This document shows positions 29,235-38,699 of a stretch of DNA of 63,660 nt, in pieces (the stretch's first letter is position 1; the number at the start of each line of letters is the position of its first letter). Both the position numbers and the translations under genes were made by a program. The stretch is from the NCBI GenBank assembly GCA_035493615.1, contig DATJHW010000097.1, positions 1 through 63,660 of the forward strand. Reading direction: 5' to 3'. Origin of the DNA: Candidatus Saccharimonadales bacterium (GTDB lineage: Bacteria; Chloroflexota; Limnocylindria; P2-11E). The notes under the pieces were generated by a model, which searched no databases, was not told the origin of the DNA, and saw only the letters and a program-made list of their open reading frames with translations.

Positions 29235-29293
29235 TCGGGCCGATGGTACCCGGGATGCGCGTCAGGCGGACGACCGTCCACCGGTGCCGCGCG

Positions 29294-29455
29294 TCAGCAA
29301 CCCGGCTCGCCGAAGCGTCCGCAGCAGTCGTGCGGCGGCGTCGTGACCCGCCGAAGGATGTTGCCCGCCGCGACCGCGAGGCGGCGATGCACTGGCAGGT
29401 CGCTCGATCGGAACAGCCGCCACGCCGTGACGGCATCGCCGTGGTCGTCCGCCAT
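29294..29455 (-). CDS. candidate small Cys-rich protein (53 aa)
   Basis: Internal ATG of ORF 29294..29587: MADDHGDAVTAWRLFRSSDLPVHRRLAVAAGNILRRVTTPPHDCCGRFGEPGC. Second-codon-position GC is about 58%, against about 76% for the competing plus frame. Lies 59 nt upstream of the DUF2231-like gene on the same strand. Confidence 0.3.
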   Translation of the reverse strand: MADDHGDAVTAWRLFRSSDLPVHRRLAVAAGNILRRVTTPPHDCCGRFGEPGC

Positions 29456-29471
29456 CGCGGAGAATTGTGAG

Positions 29472-29867
29472 GTGACCGACGAGCTTTCATCCGAGCACAT
29501 CGCCGCCGGGCTTCCCGGCACCGCGGACCTCATGGTGCTCGTCGGCAATTCCTGGTGGCGCTGCGCATACGCCGCGCGCGGCGGCAACTGGCCGCTCGCG
29601 GCGTTCTACGCGCGTCGCGTGCGATCGCTGCAACGGCGGCTCGCGGTGATCCGTCCGAAATACGCGGAGCGCCTGGCCACGTATGAGACGCGGATGCTCG
29701 GTCCGGTGTTCGCCGCGATCGAGGTCCGGGATCGTCCCGCGTTCGACCGCGCGTTCGCGGCCGCGACCGACGACGCGAACCTGCAGCACGTGGAGACCGG
29801 CTACCCCTACATCCGCTGGAAGCTACCCGACGCGCCCCCGACGGACCTGGACCTCGGTCCCGGCTAG
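29472..29867 (+). CDS. hypothetical protein
   Basis: ORF 29175..29867 trimmed to GTG 29472, which has GGAG 9 nt upstream. 131 aa: VTDELSSEHIAAGLPGTADLMVLVGNSWWRCAYAARGGNWPLAAFY... No recognised domain. Confidence 0.5.
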   Translation: MTDELSSEHIAAGLPGTADLMVLVGNSWWRCAYAARGGNWPLAAFYARRVRSLQRRLAVIRPKYAERLATYETRMLGPVFAAIEVRDRPAFDRAFAAATDDANLQHVETGYPYIRWKLPDAPPTDLDLGPG

Positions 29868-30406
29868 CGCCGAAGCAGCGGCGCGGGATCGCGCCAGCCG
29901 TACGCGACCTCGTGCAGCTCGTACCCGTCGAACAGCTCGCGCTTCTCGCCGATGACCGTGCCGCCGAGCGCCTCGTAGAACGCGCGCGAGGCGGGATTGT
30001 CGAACAGGGTCCAGATGACGATCGGCACGAGCCCGCGATCGACCAGACCCGTGGCCGCGGCGTTCAGCAGGCGGCGCCCGATGCCCTGACGCTGATGGGC
30101 CGGCCGCACGTAGAGCGCGTAGACCTCGCCGACGTAGCCGGGCGGGGCACCCGGCCGCGCGCGCCCGCCACCGGCGAAGCCGGCGATCCGACCGCCGATC
30201 TCGGCGACGTGCACGACGCGCGTCGGGTCCATCGATTCGAACGCGCGGCGCCAGCCGTTCTCCCAGCGGTCATCGGCGAGACCATCGAGCAGCGCATCAG
30301 GTACGAGCCCGCGATACGACGTGCGCCAGGTGTCGGCATGCATCTTCGACGCTTCTGAGGCGTCATCAACGACGCCTCTCCTGATCAGGAGGTTTTCAAT
30401 GGCCAT
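29864..30406 (-). CDS. GNAT family N-acetyltransferase
   Basis: 180 aa. VRPAHQRQGIGRRLL acetyl-CoA-binding motif (Q/RxxGxG). Confidence 0.85.
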   Translation of the reverse strand: MAIENLLIRRGVVDDASEASKMHADTWRTSYRGLVPDALLDGLADDRWENGWRRAFESMDPTRVVHVAEIGGRIAGFAGGGRARPGAPPGYVGEVYALYVRPAHQRQGIGRRLLNAAATGLVDRGLVPIVIWTLFDNPASRAFYEALGGTVIGEKRELFDGYELHEVAYGWRDPAPLLRR

Positions 30407-32387
30407 CGAACCAGTCGGCGATGCGCCGGGCGTGATCGATCCGGTTGCGCGGCTTGCCGCCCCGGGTGAGCTCGTGCGAGTCGTCTTGGTAGCGGACGAA
30501 GACCGCTTCCTTGCCCAGCACCTTCAGCGCGACGAAGAACTGCTCGGCCTGCTCGATCGGGCAGCGGTAGTCCTTTTCCGCGTGGAGGATGAGCAGCGGC
30601 GTCTTCACCTGCTCGACGTAGGTCAGCGGCGAGCGCTCGACGAGCTTGTGCTCGTCGCGCCACGGCGTGGCATCCCCCATCTCGAACTGCCAGAAGTGCC
30701 AGCCGATGTCGCTCGTGCCGAACGCGCTGATGTTGTTGCTGATGCTGCGCTGGGTCGCCGCGGCCCTGAAGCGGTCGGTGTGCCCGACGATCCAGTTGGT
30801 CATGAATCCGCCGTAGCTGCCACCGGTCACGTACAGCCGATCGGGGTCGACCCAGCCGAGCTCGAGGACGTGATCGACGCCGGCCATGAGGTCCTGGTAA
30901 TCCTTGCCGCCCCAGTCGCCGACGCACGCCCGCACGAACGCGTCCCCGTAGGCGTGACTGCCGCGGGGGTTGAGGTAGAGCACGGCGTACCCGCGGCCGG
31001 CCAGGACCTGGAACTCGTGAAAGAACGCATGGCCGTACGCGCCATGCGGTCCGCCGTGGATCTCGAGCACCAACGGCCAGCGCTTCGCGGGATCGAAGTC
31101 CCGGGGCTTGAGCAGCCAGCCCTCGATCGTCCAGCCATCGGCACCGGCGAACTGGACCCGCTCGGGCTCGGCGATGTACCGCCCGGAGAGGAGCGCCGAG
31201 TTCAAGGCGGTGATCGCCTTGAGGCCACGGCCCGGCTGACCGGTGACGACCTCCCCCGGCGACGTCGCCGTCGCGATGACGCCGGCGAAGCAGCGAGCCT
31301 CGCGATCGATGGTCGCGGTAACGAGCTGGTGGGCGCCGAGGGTCTCGGCGCGCACGTCGCCACCGTCCGCGCGCACGGAGTAGAGGTTCGCGGTGCCCTG
31401 GTCGGAGCCGATGAACAGGATGCGGCCGTCGCGCGTCCACGCCGGCGGCAGCGCGGCCGTCTCGCCGCGGACGTCGCTCATCACGCGGGAGCCGGTCGTC
31501 CGATCCCAGTCACCGAGGAGATCGGTGCCCGTGCCGCCGTTTCGCGGGAACCGCCACACGCGCGTGTTGCGGGCGCCCGCGCCGATCGCATCGGCCGTCC
31601 CGAGGCACGCGATCGCACCGCCGTCCGGCGCCCACGACGCGTTCGTGTACTGGCCGCGCTCGGTCGTGACGCGCGCGGGCAAGCCACCCGCGATCGGCAT
31701 CGTCCAGATATCGCTGACCGTGTTGCGATCGCGGTCCGCGGACCGGTTCGACGTGAACGCGACGTTCGCGCCGTCGGGCGAGACCGAGGGCTGCGTGTCG
31801 TCCCAATCGCCGTCGGTCAGCTGCCGCGGATCGCCTTCCAGCGGCACGAGCCAGAGGTGCTTGCGCCGGAGATCGGACAGGCCCGCGTCGTCCGACTTGT
31901 AGCGGATGCGGTCGTATACCTTCGGCGCGTCGTCGGCCGGTCCGGTGCCGGCGTCCTTCAGCGTGACGATGACCCCCGACCCGTCCGGCAGCCAGGTCAG
32001 GTCGCCGCAGTCGTCGGCGAAGGTCGCGATCTGCCGCGGCTCTCCGCCCGTACCGTCGGCGATGAACACGTTCTTCGGCGCGCGCTTCCTGCCCGCCGGC
32101 ACCGCACCGCGGTCGCTGACGAACGCGAGCCGCTGCCCGTCCGGTGACCAGCGGGGTGTCGCGTCGTCGGCGGTGCCATCCGTCCAGCGCGCCGCACCGG
32201 AGCCGTCGACGGAGCTCACGAAGATCGCCGCGCGGTACCGGTCGGCCTGCAGATCCATCCGCCGCACCGCGTACGCCACGCGATCGCCGGCCGGCGAGAT
32301 GGCGGCCTCGTTGACGAACGCGAACGACGCGAGATCGTCGGCAGTGAGAGGTGCGGGTGACTGAGACACGGCGGCGTATCGTCCCAT
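30396..32387 (-). CDS. S9 family serine peptidase (acylaminoacyl-peptidase/prolyl oligopeptidase-like)
   Basis: ORF 30396..32714 trimmed to ATG 32387 (663 aa). N-terminal beta-propeller with WSPDG repeats. GGSYGG nucleophile motif. C-terminal HAEKDYRCP...DDSHEL. Confidence 0.88.
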   Translation of the reverse strand: MGRYAAVSQSPAPLTADDLASFAFVNEAAISPAGDRVAYAVRRMDLQADRYRAAIFVSSVDGSGAARWTDGTADDATPRWSPDGQRLAFVSDRGAVPAGRKRAPKNVFIADGTGGEPRQIATFADDCGDLTWLPDGSGVIVTLKDAGTGPADDAPKVYDRIRYKSDDAGLSDLRRKHLWLVPLEGDPRQLTDGDWDDTQPSVSPDGANVAFTSNRSADRDRNTVSDIWTMPIAGGLPARVTTERGQYTNASWAPDGGAIACLGTADAIGAGARNTRVWRFPRNGGTGTDLLGDWDRTTGSRVMSDVRGETAALPPAWTRDGRILFIGSDQGTANLYSVRADGGDVRAETLGAHQLVTATIDREARCFAGVIATATSPGEVVTGQPGRGLKAITALNSALLSGRYIAEPERVQFAGADGWTIEGWLLKPRDFDPAKRWPLVLEIHGGPHGAYGHAFFHEFQVLAGRGYAVLYLNPRGSHAYGDAFVRACVGDWGGKDYQDLMAGVDHVLELGWVDPDRLYVTGGSYGGFMTNWIVGHTDRFRAAATQRSISNNISAFGTSDIGWHFWQFEMGDATPWRDEHKLVERSPLTYVEQVKTPLLILHAEKDYRCPIEQAEQFFVALKVLGKEAVFVRYQDDSHELTRGGKPRNRIDHARRIADWFDGH

Positions 32388-32400
32388 ACATGGGACGGGT

Positions 32401-33966
32401 GTGCTCCGCGTGAGTCTCCGCCTCGATGGACGCCGTCGCACCGGGTTGCTCGTCGGCGGCGTCGCGATGTTCTTCGCCCTCGACATCGCGTTCCTGGCGA
32501 GCCTGGCCGGGTTCGCGTTCGCGCCCGATGCACTCGGCCAGGCCCTCATCGAGGTCATGCCCGGGTTCATCGTCGTGCCGCTCATCGGCCTGCTGCAGTT
32601 CTGGGCCAAGCGCCTCCTCGTCGCCGGCGTGCTCGTCGGCTTCCTCGGGTGTGGCGCCGTCGCCGGCGCGTTCGCGGTCGATCCGAGGCGGCGCGACCGA
32701 ACGGTCCTGGCCATCGGTGCGCTGCCGTGGGTCGCGTCGGTCGTGCTCGGTCAGCTGTTCGCCCCCGGGGTGGTCGACCTCTACTCGGTCTTGCTCACGA
32801 GCGCCGTCGGCGCCGTCGCGTACTTCGTCGCGCTCCAGCTGCTCGCCGGCGTCGCCACGTACCAGCCCGCGCGGTCGGCGGCCGAGCGGTCGCCCTCGCG
32901 GAGGCGCGTCCTCTACGGCGCGGCGGCGATCTCGGCGGTCGTCGCGCTCGCGAGCCTCGCCGGCGGCTCGGCCGTCCGGGCTCTTGGCAAGGGAGCCGAA
33001 GGGATCCCGCTCGTCGCGCGCCGGCTCCGGACGAAGGTCTCGCCGCCGCCCGCGCTTCCGGGGTTCGACTCGATCCAGCCGCTCACGCCGCGGATCACCG
33101 ACAACGCGGACCACTACACCGTGGACACGACGCTCATCAAGCCATCGGTGGATATCGCCAAGTGGACCTTGGACATCGGCGGCTCGGTCGCGAACCCGTT
33201 CTCGCTGACGTACGAACAGCTCCTCGATCTCGAGGCCGTCGAGCAGCTCAAGACGCTCGAGTGCATCAGCAACGAGATCGGCGGCGACCTCATGTCCACG
33301 GCCCTCTGGACCGGCGTGCCGCTACGCGACCTGCTCGCGCGCGCCCAGCCGACCGCGCAGACCTACGACGTGAAGCTCACCTCGGTCGACGGGTACACGG
33401 ATTCGATCCGCATCGAGAAGGCGATGGAGCCCGACACGATCGTGGCGTACCTGATGAACGGCGTCACGATCCCGCAGGATCACGGCTACCCCGCGCGACT
33501 CCTGGTGCCGAACATCTACGGCATGAAGAACGTCAAGTGGCTGCGCTCGGTCGAGTGTGTGACGTTCGACTATCTCGGGTACTGGATGGAGCGCGGCTGG
33601 TCCGACCTCGCGGTCATCAACACGAACACCCGGATCGACACGCCGGTCCGCGCCGCGAAGTGGGACGGCTCCGCGAAGATCCCGATCGCCGGCGTCGCGT
33701 TCTCCGGCGCGCGGGGCATCTCGACCGTCGAGGTGTCGGCCGACGGCGGTAAGACGTTCAACAAGGCAGAGCTCGAGCCCGCGCTCGGTCCGCTCACCTG
33801 GGTCCGCTGGAAGCTCGACTGGACGCCGTCGGGCACCGGCAGGTTCACGATCGTCGCGCGGTCGACCGACGGGACCGGCGAGCGCGAGACCGAGATCCGG
33901 CGCGACCCGTTCCCCAATGGCGCGACCGGGTGGGACAGCGTCGACGTCGTCATCACCCGCGGCTAG
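32401..33966 (+). CDS. membrane-anchored molybdopterin-dependent oxidoreductase (sulfite-oxidase family)
   Basis: 521 aa. N-terminal ~6 TM segments, then a Moco domain (YTVDT, TLECISNEIGG with the candidate Mo-ligand Cys, GYPARLLVPNIYGMKNVKWL) and a C-terminal Ig-like domain. Confidence 0.85.
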   Translation: MLRVSLRLDGRRRTGLLVGGVAMFFALDIAFLASLAGFAFAPDALGQALIEVMPGFIVVPLIGLLQFWAKRLLVAGVLVGFLGCGAVAGAFAVDPRRRDRTVLAIGALPWVASVVLGQLFAPGVVDLYSVLLTSAVGAVAYFVALQLLAGVATYQPARSAAERSPSRRRVLYGAAAISAVVALASLAGGSAVRALGKGAEGIPLVARRLRTKVSPPPALPGFDSIQPLTPRITDNADHYTVDTTLIKPSVDIAKWTLDIGGSVANPFSLTYEQLLDLEAVEQLKTLECISNEIGGDLMSTALWTGVPLRDLLARAQPTAQTYDVKLTSVDGYTDSIRIEKAMEPDTIVAYLMNGVTIPQDHGYPARLLVPNIYGMKNVKWLRSVECVTFDYLGYWMERGWSDLAVINTNTRIDTPVRAAKWDGSAKIPIAGVAFSGARGISTVEVSADGGKTFNKAELEPALGPLTWVRWKLDWTPSGTGRFTIVARSTDGTGERETEIRRDPFPNGATGWDSVDVVITRG

Positions 33967-33985
33967 CGGGCGCTAGGCTGCCGCG

Positions 33986-34381
33986 GTGGCTCGCCGCTTC
34001 TCGATCAGCGTTCCGCTACCCGCGTACGCGCGGCCGCGCAACGAGTGGCGCCGGCGGGTCCACGGCGCCGTCCTGGACGTGCAGACCCGGCGCGGGGTCG
34101 GCTATCGGGAGAGCGACCAGCTCGAGGTGCGGATCTCGCTGCCGCTCGGGGATCGGCCGCTCGACATCCACGAGATCGACGAGCGGGTGAAGGACGTGAT
34201 CGACGCGCTCGAAGGACGGATCGCCGGTCCGCGAAGCCGCCGGCGCATCGCGCCGATCGTGCCGTCGTCGGATCAGATCCGGCGCATCGTCCTCGAGAAG
34301 GAGCCGCGCCGGACCCGGCGGCGCGCGCTTGGGGAGCTCGCGATCTCCCGCTTCCACGCGCGCCGCCGCGCCGCCGGCTAG
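33986..34381 (+). CDS. hypothetical Arg-rich protein (faint RusA-like pattern)
   Basis: 131 aa with a GTG start. FSISVPLP...LEVRISLPL..DIHEIDERVKDVIDAL...DQIRRIVLEK loosely follows RusA topology, but the acidic catalytic residues are not clearly conserved. May be non-coding. Confidence 0.35.
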   Translation: MARRFSISVPLPAYARPRNEWRRRVHGAVLDVQTRRGVGYRESDQLEVRISLPLGDRPLDIHEIDERVKDVIDALEGRIAGPRSRRRIAPIVPSSDQIRRIVLEKEPRRTRRRALGELAISRFHARRRAAG

Positions 34382-34924
34382 CTACGCGGCGATTGCCTCG
34401 GTCTGGACCTTGGGCGTCGCGGAGACGCTCGCCTCGACCTTGATCTTCTCGCCGACGAGCACGCCGCTCGGGATCGGCATGTTCCAGACGAGTCCCCACT
34501 GCGTCCGGTCGAAGCTGAACTTCGCGTCGAACACGGCCCGCTGGCCGGCCCGGGGATCGTCCGCGATGCCGAGCAGCTCGACGTCGACCGCGACCGGCTT
34601 CGTCGTGCCGCGGATCTCCAGGTCGCCGTCGACGACGAACTCGGTGGTGCCCTTCGCCGTGATCTTCGTGCTCTTGAACACGATCTCCGGGTAGGTCGCC
34701 GCGTCGAGGAAGTCCGCCGAACGGAGGTGCCCGTCACGCTTCTCGTCGCCGGTGTTCACGGACGCGGCCGGGATATGGAGCTCGATGGCTCCGGCTTCGG
34801 GCTTGGCCGGGTCGAAATCGATGACCCCGCTCGTCCCGCTGAATGCGCCGCGGACGGTCGTGAGCATCATGTGCTTCACCGCCGCCGTGACGCTCGAATG
34901 ACTCGTGTCGATCTGCCACTGCAT
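34382..34924 (-). CDS. YceI family polyisoprenoid-binding protein
   Basis: 180 aa. DTSHSSV...VRGAF..., SVNTGDEKRDGHLRSADFLD and FDRTQWGL motifs. Confidence 0.9.
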   Translation of the reverse strand: MQWQIDTSHSSVTAAVKHMMLTTVRGAFSGTSGVIDFDPAKPEAGAIELHIPAASVNTGDEKRDGHLRSADFLDAATYPEIVFKSTKITAKGTTEFVVDGDLEIRGTTKPVAVDVELLGIADDPRAGQRAVFDAKFSFDRTQWGLVWNMPIPSGVLVGEKIKVEASVSATPKVQTEAIAA

Positions 34925-34980
34925 GGCTCGTGTCCTCCTGGACCGAAGTGCTTGCCTGGCCGCTCGCCGGTGCTATCCTT

Positions 34981-34999
34981 CTTGTTGTGCGGGAACAAG
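34981..34999. promoter_or_regulatory. inverted repeat CTTGTT-N7-AACAAG, candidate MarR operator in the yceI/marR divergent region
   Basis: A perfect 6-bp inverted repeat read directly from the sequence. It sits in a locally AT-richer stretch (cttgttgtgcgggaacaagttgcagagtcaacatattcc) between the divergent yceI and MarR genes. Confidence 0.35.
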
Positions 35000-35517
35000 T
35001 TGCAGAGTCAACATATTCCGGTGGCGGCGGTCCGGGGGCCCCCGGCCCCGGCGGACGGGAGCGGCCACGCCGGGCCTCGGATCTGGAGCTCGGCGCCTGG
35101 CGGGCGTTCCTCCGGGCCGGGACCACGTCGACGGCCGCCCTCGAGGCCGCCCTCGCGGGCACCGGGGTCAGTCACTCCGAGTACGACGTGCTGGTCAACG
35201 TGGCGAACGGACCCAAGGAGGGCCTGCGGCCGACGGAGCTCGCAGACCGAGTGCTCATCACCAAGAGCGGCCTCACTCGGCTGCTCGACCGCCTGGTCGA
35301 ACGCAACTACATCGAGCGACGGGCCTGCGCGAGCGACCGGCGCGGCCAGCTCATCGTGCTGACGACCGATGGCCGGCGTGCGTTCCGTCGCGCGGCGCCG
35401 AACGTGGTGCGCGCGATCGGCGCGCTGTTCGGCGACCACTTCAGCGAGCGCGACGTCACGGACCTTCGGGTCGCATGCGAGCGCATCGCATCCGCCGCGG
35501 AGGCGATGACCACCTAG
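34987..35517 (+). CDS. MarR family transcriptional regulator
   Basis: ORF 34930..35517. Winged-HTH core VSHSEYDVLVNVA..GLRPTELADRVLITKSGLTRLLDRLVERNYIERR..DRRG. Start is uncertain: GTG 34987 is preferred, and GTG 34930 lies only 5 nt from the yceI start. Confidence 0.8.
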   Translation: MREQVAESTYSGGGGPGAPGPGGRERPRRASDLELGAWRAFLRAGTTSTAALEAALAGTGVSHSEYDVLVNVANGPKEGLRPTELADRVLITKSGLTRLLDRLVERNYIERRACASDRRGQLIVLTTDGRRAFRRAAPNVVRAIGALFGDHFSERDVTDLRVACERIASAAEAMTT

Positions 35518-35526
35518 GCTCGGCGA

Positions 35527-37005
35527 GTGAGCGCGCGTCTCTCCACCGGTGCGCTGGTCTGGGCTGGATTCGACGGACCGGCCGTCCCCGGACCGCTCCT
35601 CGACGCGATCGAGCGCGGACGGATCGGCGGACTGCTCCTCTTCGCCTACCGCGGGAATATCCGATCGCGCGAACAGGTGCGCGGCATGCTCGGCGACGCC
35701 GTCGCGGCCGCGCGGCGCGGTGGTCTGCCACCCGTGCCGGTGGGCGTGGACCAGGAGGGCGGCAGCGTCGTCCGGATCGGCTACGGCGCCGTGTTCCCGA
35801 GCGCGATGGCCATCGCCGCGACCGGCGACCCTTCGTATGCCGAGCGAGCCGCGCGCGCGGTCGCGCTGGGCCTGCGTGCCGACGGCATCGCGATGAACCA
35901 CGCACCGGTGTGCGACGTCAACGTCGAGCCACGGAACCCGGTCATCGGCACACGCGCGTTCGGCGACGATGCGGCCGCCGTGGCTCGCTATTGCGCCGCG
36001 TGGGTGACCGGATCGGAGAGCGCGGGCGTCGCGACGTCGCCGAAGCACTTCCCCGGCCATGGCGCGGCCGCGCACGACACCCATCACACGACGGTCGACG
36101 TCGCGGCCGATCGCACGCTGCTCGAGTCGCGCGAGCTGGTGCCGTTCCGCGCCGCGTTCGCGGCCGGCGCCTCCGCCGTGATGACCGCGCACATCCGCTA
36201 CCCGGCGCTGGACGGCGACAGCATCGCGACCCTCTCACCGCGCATCCTCGGCGACCTCCTGCGGCGCGACCTCGGCTTCAGCGGGCTCGCGATCACCGAC
36301 TCGCTCGACATGTCCGGCCTCACCCAGGTCGAGGCGCCGGACCGCGTGGCGGCGCGCGCGGTGAACGCCGGCATCGACGCGGTCATGGTGACGACCGGTG
36401 TCGAGAAGCAGCTCGCGGCTGCGGAGCACCTCGCGATCGGCGTGTCGCCCGCTCGGCTGCGCGAGGCGATCGCCCGTGCGGCGGCGTTCCGCGAGCGCTT
36501 TGGCATCGACGTGCCCTCGGCGCCGTTCGACGATGCGCCCGGCCGCGCGCTGGCCCTCCAGATCGCGGCGCGGTCGATCACCCACGCCGGCCCGGCACTC
36601 CCGGCGCTCGGCGGACCGATCCGCGTCGTCATGTTCCAGCCCGAGCAGCGCTCGCCGGTCGAGGAGCTCGCGCCGCGCGAGCTCCACTTCGAGGCCGCGC
36701 TCCGCGAGCGGCTCGGGTCGAAGCTCTCGTTCACCGTCGAGCCCGTCGCGCCTCCGGGCGACGGCCCGCTGGTCGTCTGCACGTCGAGCGCGGCGTTCGA
36801 TCCCGCGCAGGCGCAGGCCGCGCGCGCCCTGCTGGCGACCGGCGGGATCCTCTGCGCGCTGCGCAGCCCGTACGACGCGGCGCTCACACCGAACGTCCCA
36901 GCCCTGCTCACGTACGGCGACGTGCCCGCGTCGCTGCAGGCGCTCGCGGACGTCCTGGCCGGACGGGCGCGGCCACGCGGCGCACTGCCGGTGCGCCTGG
37001 CGTGA
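35527..37005 (+). CDS. glycoside hydrolase family 3 (beta-N-acetylhexosaminidase-like), cytoplasmic
   Basis: 492 aa. VGVDQEGG, KHFPGHG and ITDSLDM motifs. No signal peptide. Confidence 0.85.
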   Translation: MSARLSTGALVWAGFDGPAVPGPLLDAIERGRIGGLLLFAYRGNIRSREQVRGMLGDAVAAARRGGLPPVPVGVDQEGGSVVRIGYGAVFPSAMAIAATGDPSYAERAARAVALGLRADGIAMNHAPVCDVNVEPRNPVIGTRAFGDDAAAVARYCAAWVTGSESAGVATSPKHFPGHGAAAHDTHHTTVDVAADRTLLESRELVPFRAAFAAGASAVMTAHIRYPALDGDSIATLSPRILGDLLRRDLGFSGLAITDSLDMSGLTQVEAPDRVAARAVNAGIDAVMVTTGVEKQLAAAEHLAIGVSPARLREAIARAAAFRERFGIDVPSAPFDDAPGRALALQIAARSITHAGPALPALGGPIRVVMFQPEQRSPVEELAPRELHFEAALRERLGSKLSFTVEPVAPPGDGPLVVCTSSAAFDPAQAQAARALLATGGILCALRSPYDAALTPNVPALLTYGDVPASLQALADVLAGRARPRGALPVRLA

Positions 37006-38699
37006 ACCGGCGCCGGTTCATCGGGTCCGCGGCCGCCGTGGCGGCGCTCGCGACGTGCGAGCCGCTCATCGGGTCGACGCCGAGCCCGTCGGCGTCCGGC
37101 GCGCGGATCGATCGGCTCATCGCGAACATGTCCATCGCCGAGCGCGCCGGGCAGCTGATGAGCGTGGCCTTCCACGGCACGGCGATCACGCCGGCGCTCG
37201 AAACGATGATCCGGCAGCGGAAGGTCGGGGGCGTGATCCTGTACAGCGAGAACTTCACCGATGCCGCGAGCACCAAGCGCCTCGCCGCCGACCTCCAACG
37301 CATCGCGAGCGATGCGAAAACGCTTCCGTTGTTCCTGTCGATCGATCAGGAAGGCGGCGCGGTGGTGCGCATCGCGAACGGTGCGACGGTCCTGCCGGGC
37401 AACATGGCCCTCGCGGCGACACCGGATCCGAGTGACAGCGTGCGGAAGTCCGTCGCCATCACCGCGCGGGACCTCCGGGCGTTGGGCGTGAACTTCGAGC
37501 TCGCGCCGGATGCCGACGTGAACAACGAACCGCGCAACCCGATCATCCTGAACCGCTCGTTCGGCTCGGATCCGCAGCGCGTCGCAGCGCTGGTGACGAT
37601 CGCGGCGCGGTCCTTCGCCGACGCCGGCTTCCTGTGCTGCGCCAAGCACTTTCCCGGACATGGGGAAACGACGACGGACTCGCACACCGGCCTCCCGCTC
37701 CTCGACGTCGACCGCGCGCATCTCGACGCGATCGAGCTGCCGCCGTTCAAGGCGGCCATCGCGGCAGGCGTGCCGGCGATCATGAGCGCGCACATCCGGA
37801 TGCCGGCCCTCGACCCCACGCCGGATCTCCCGGTGACGCTCTCCTCCAAGGTGATGACCGACCTCATCAGGACCCAGCTCGGGTTCGGCGGGCTGCTCGT
37901 CACGGACGATCTCGAGATGGGCGCGCTCACCCAGACGCGCACGGAGTCGCAGGCCGGATACGACGCGTTCGTCGCGGGAGCCGACTTCCTCCTGTTCCGC
38001 TTCGACGAGGGCGCGCAGATCGACGCGCACGCGAAGCTGTCCACCGGGATGGCGACCGGAGCGCTTTCGACCGGTCGGGTCGACGCGTCGTTACGCCGCA
38101 TCCTCGCGATCAAGGAGCGGTTCGGCATCCTCGACGGCTCCGCCCCGAGCGGCACCCTCGGAAGCGACGCGGACCGCGCGACGGCCGACGAGCTCGCGCG
38201 CGCGAGCGTCACGGTGCTGCGGAGCGGCGGCCTGCCGCTGCGCGGGAAGATCTTCGTGGTCTCACCCGTCAATCCGGACATCGCGCTCCTGACGGATCAG
38301 CCGTCGCTCGGCCAGGTGCTGGCGCAGCGCCTTCCGAACGTGTCGACCCAGTCGATCACGCTCTCGCCGGTCCAGGCCGACATCGACCGCGCGGTCGCGG
38401 CGGCGCGCGGGGCGGATGTCGTGGTGCTCGGGTCGGCCGATCTGTTCTCGTATCCGCAGCAGGCGGCGCTCGCGAAGGCACTGCAGGCCGTGAAATCGAC
38501 CGTGCTCGTCTCGCTCCGTTCGCCGTACGACATCCTCAGTGCACCGGGTATGTCCGGCTACGTGTGCGCGTACACCGGACGCGAGCCGACCCTGCGCGCG
38601 CTCGCCGACGTGCTGTCGGGGACCCGGGCGCCCACCGGGACGCTGCCGGTCGACGTGCCTGGTGTCTACCGTATCGGCGACGGGATGAAGAAGCTCTGA
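37002..38699 (+). CDS. glycoside hydrolase family 3, predicted exported lipoprotein
   Basis: Last 565 codons of composite ORF 34905..38699. GTG 37002 gives a GTGA overlap. N-terminus VNRRRFIGSAAAVAALATC has a twin-Arg-like motif plus a lipobox. SIDQEGG, KHFPGHG and VTDDLEM motifs. Confidence 0.85.
   Translation: MNRRRFIGSAAAVAALATCEPLIGSTPSPSASGARIDRLIANMSIAERAGQLMSVAFHGTAITPALETMIRQRKVGGVILYSENFTDAASTKRLAADLQRIASDAKTLPLFLSIDQEGGAVVRIANGATVLPGNMALAATPDPSDSVRKSVAITARDLRALGVNFELAPDADVNNEPRNPIILNRSFGSDPQRVAALVTIAARSFADAGFLCCAKHFPGHGETTTDSHTGLPLLDVDRAHLDAIELPPFKAAIAAGVPAIMSAHIRMPALDPTPDLPVTLSSKVMTDLIRTQLGFGGLLVTDDLEMGALTQTRTESQAGYDAFVAGADFLLFRFDEGAQIDAHAKLSTGMATGALSTGRVDASLRRILAIKERFGILDGSAPSGTLGSDADRATADELARASVTVLRSGGLPLRGKIFVVSPVNPDIALLTDQPSLGQVLAQRLPNVSTQSITLSPVQADIDRAVAAARGADVVVLGSADLFSYPQQAALAKALQAVKSTVLVSLRSPYDILSAPGMSGYVCAYTGREPTLRALADVLSGTRAPTGTLPVDVPGVYRIGDGMKKL

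Noticed and set aside
34905-38699. 1264-aa plus-strand composite ORF (and similar long ORFs at 2985..4625, 12107..16228, 37634..39724, 41310..43304)
   Set aside because: Only the C-terminal portions are protein-like. The N-terminal parts are out-of-frame read-through over upstream genes; stop codons are rare at this GC content. Each was trimmed to a start at the stop/start junction.
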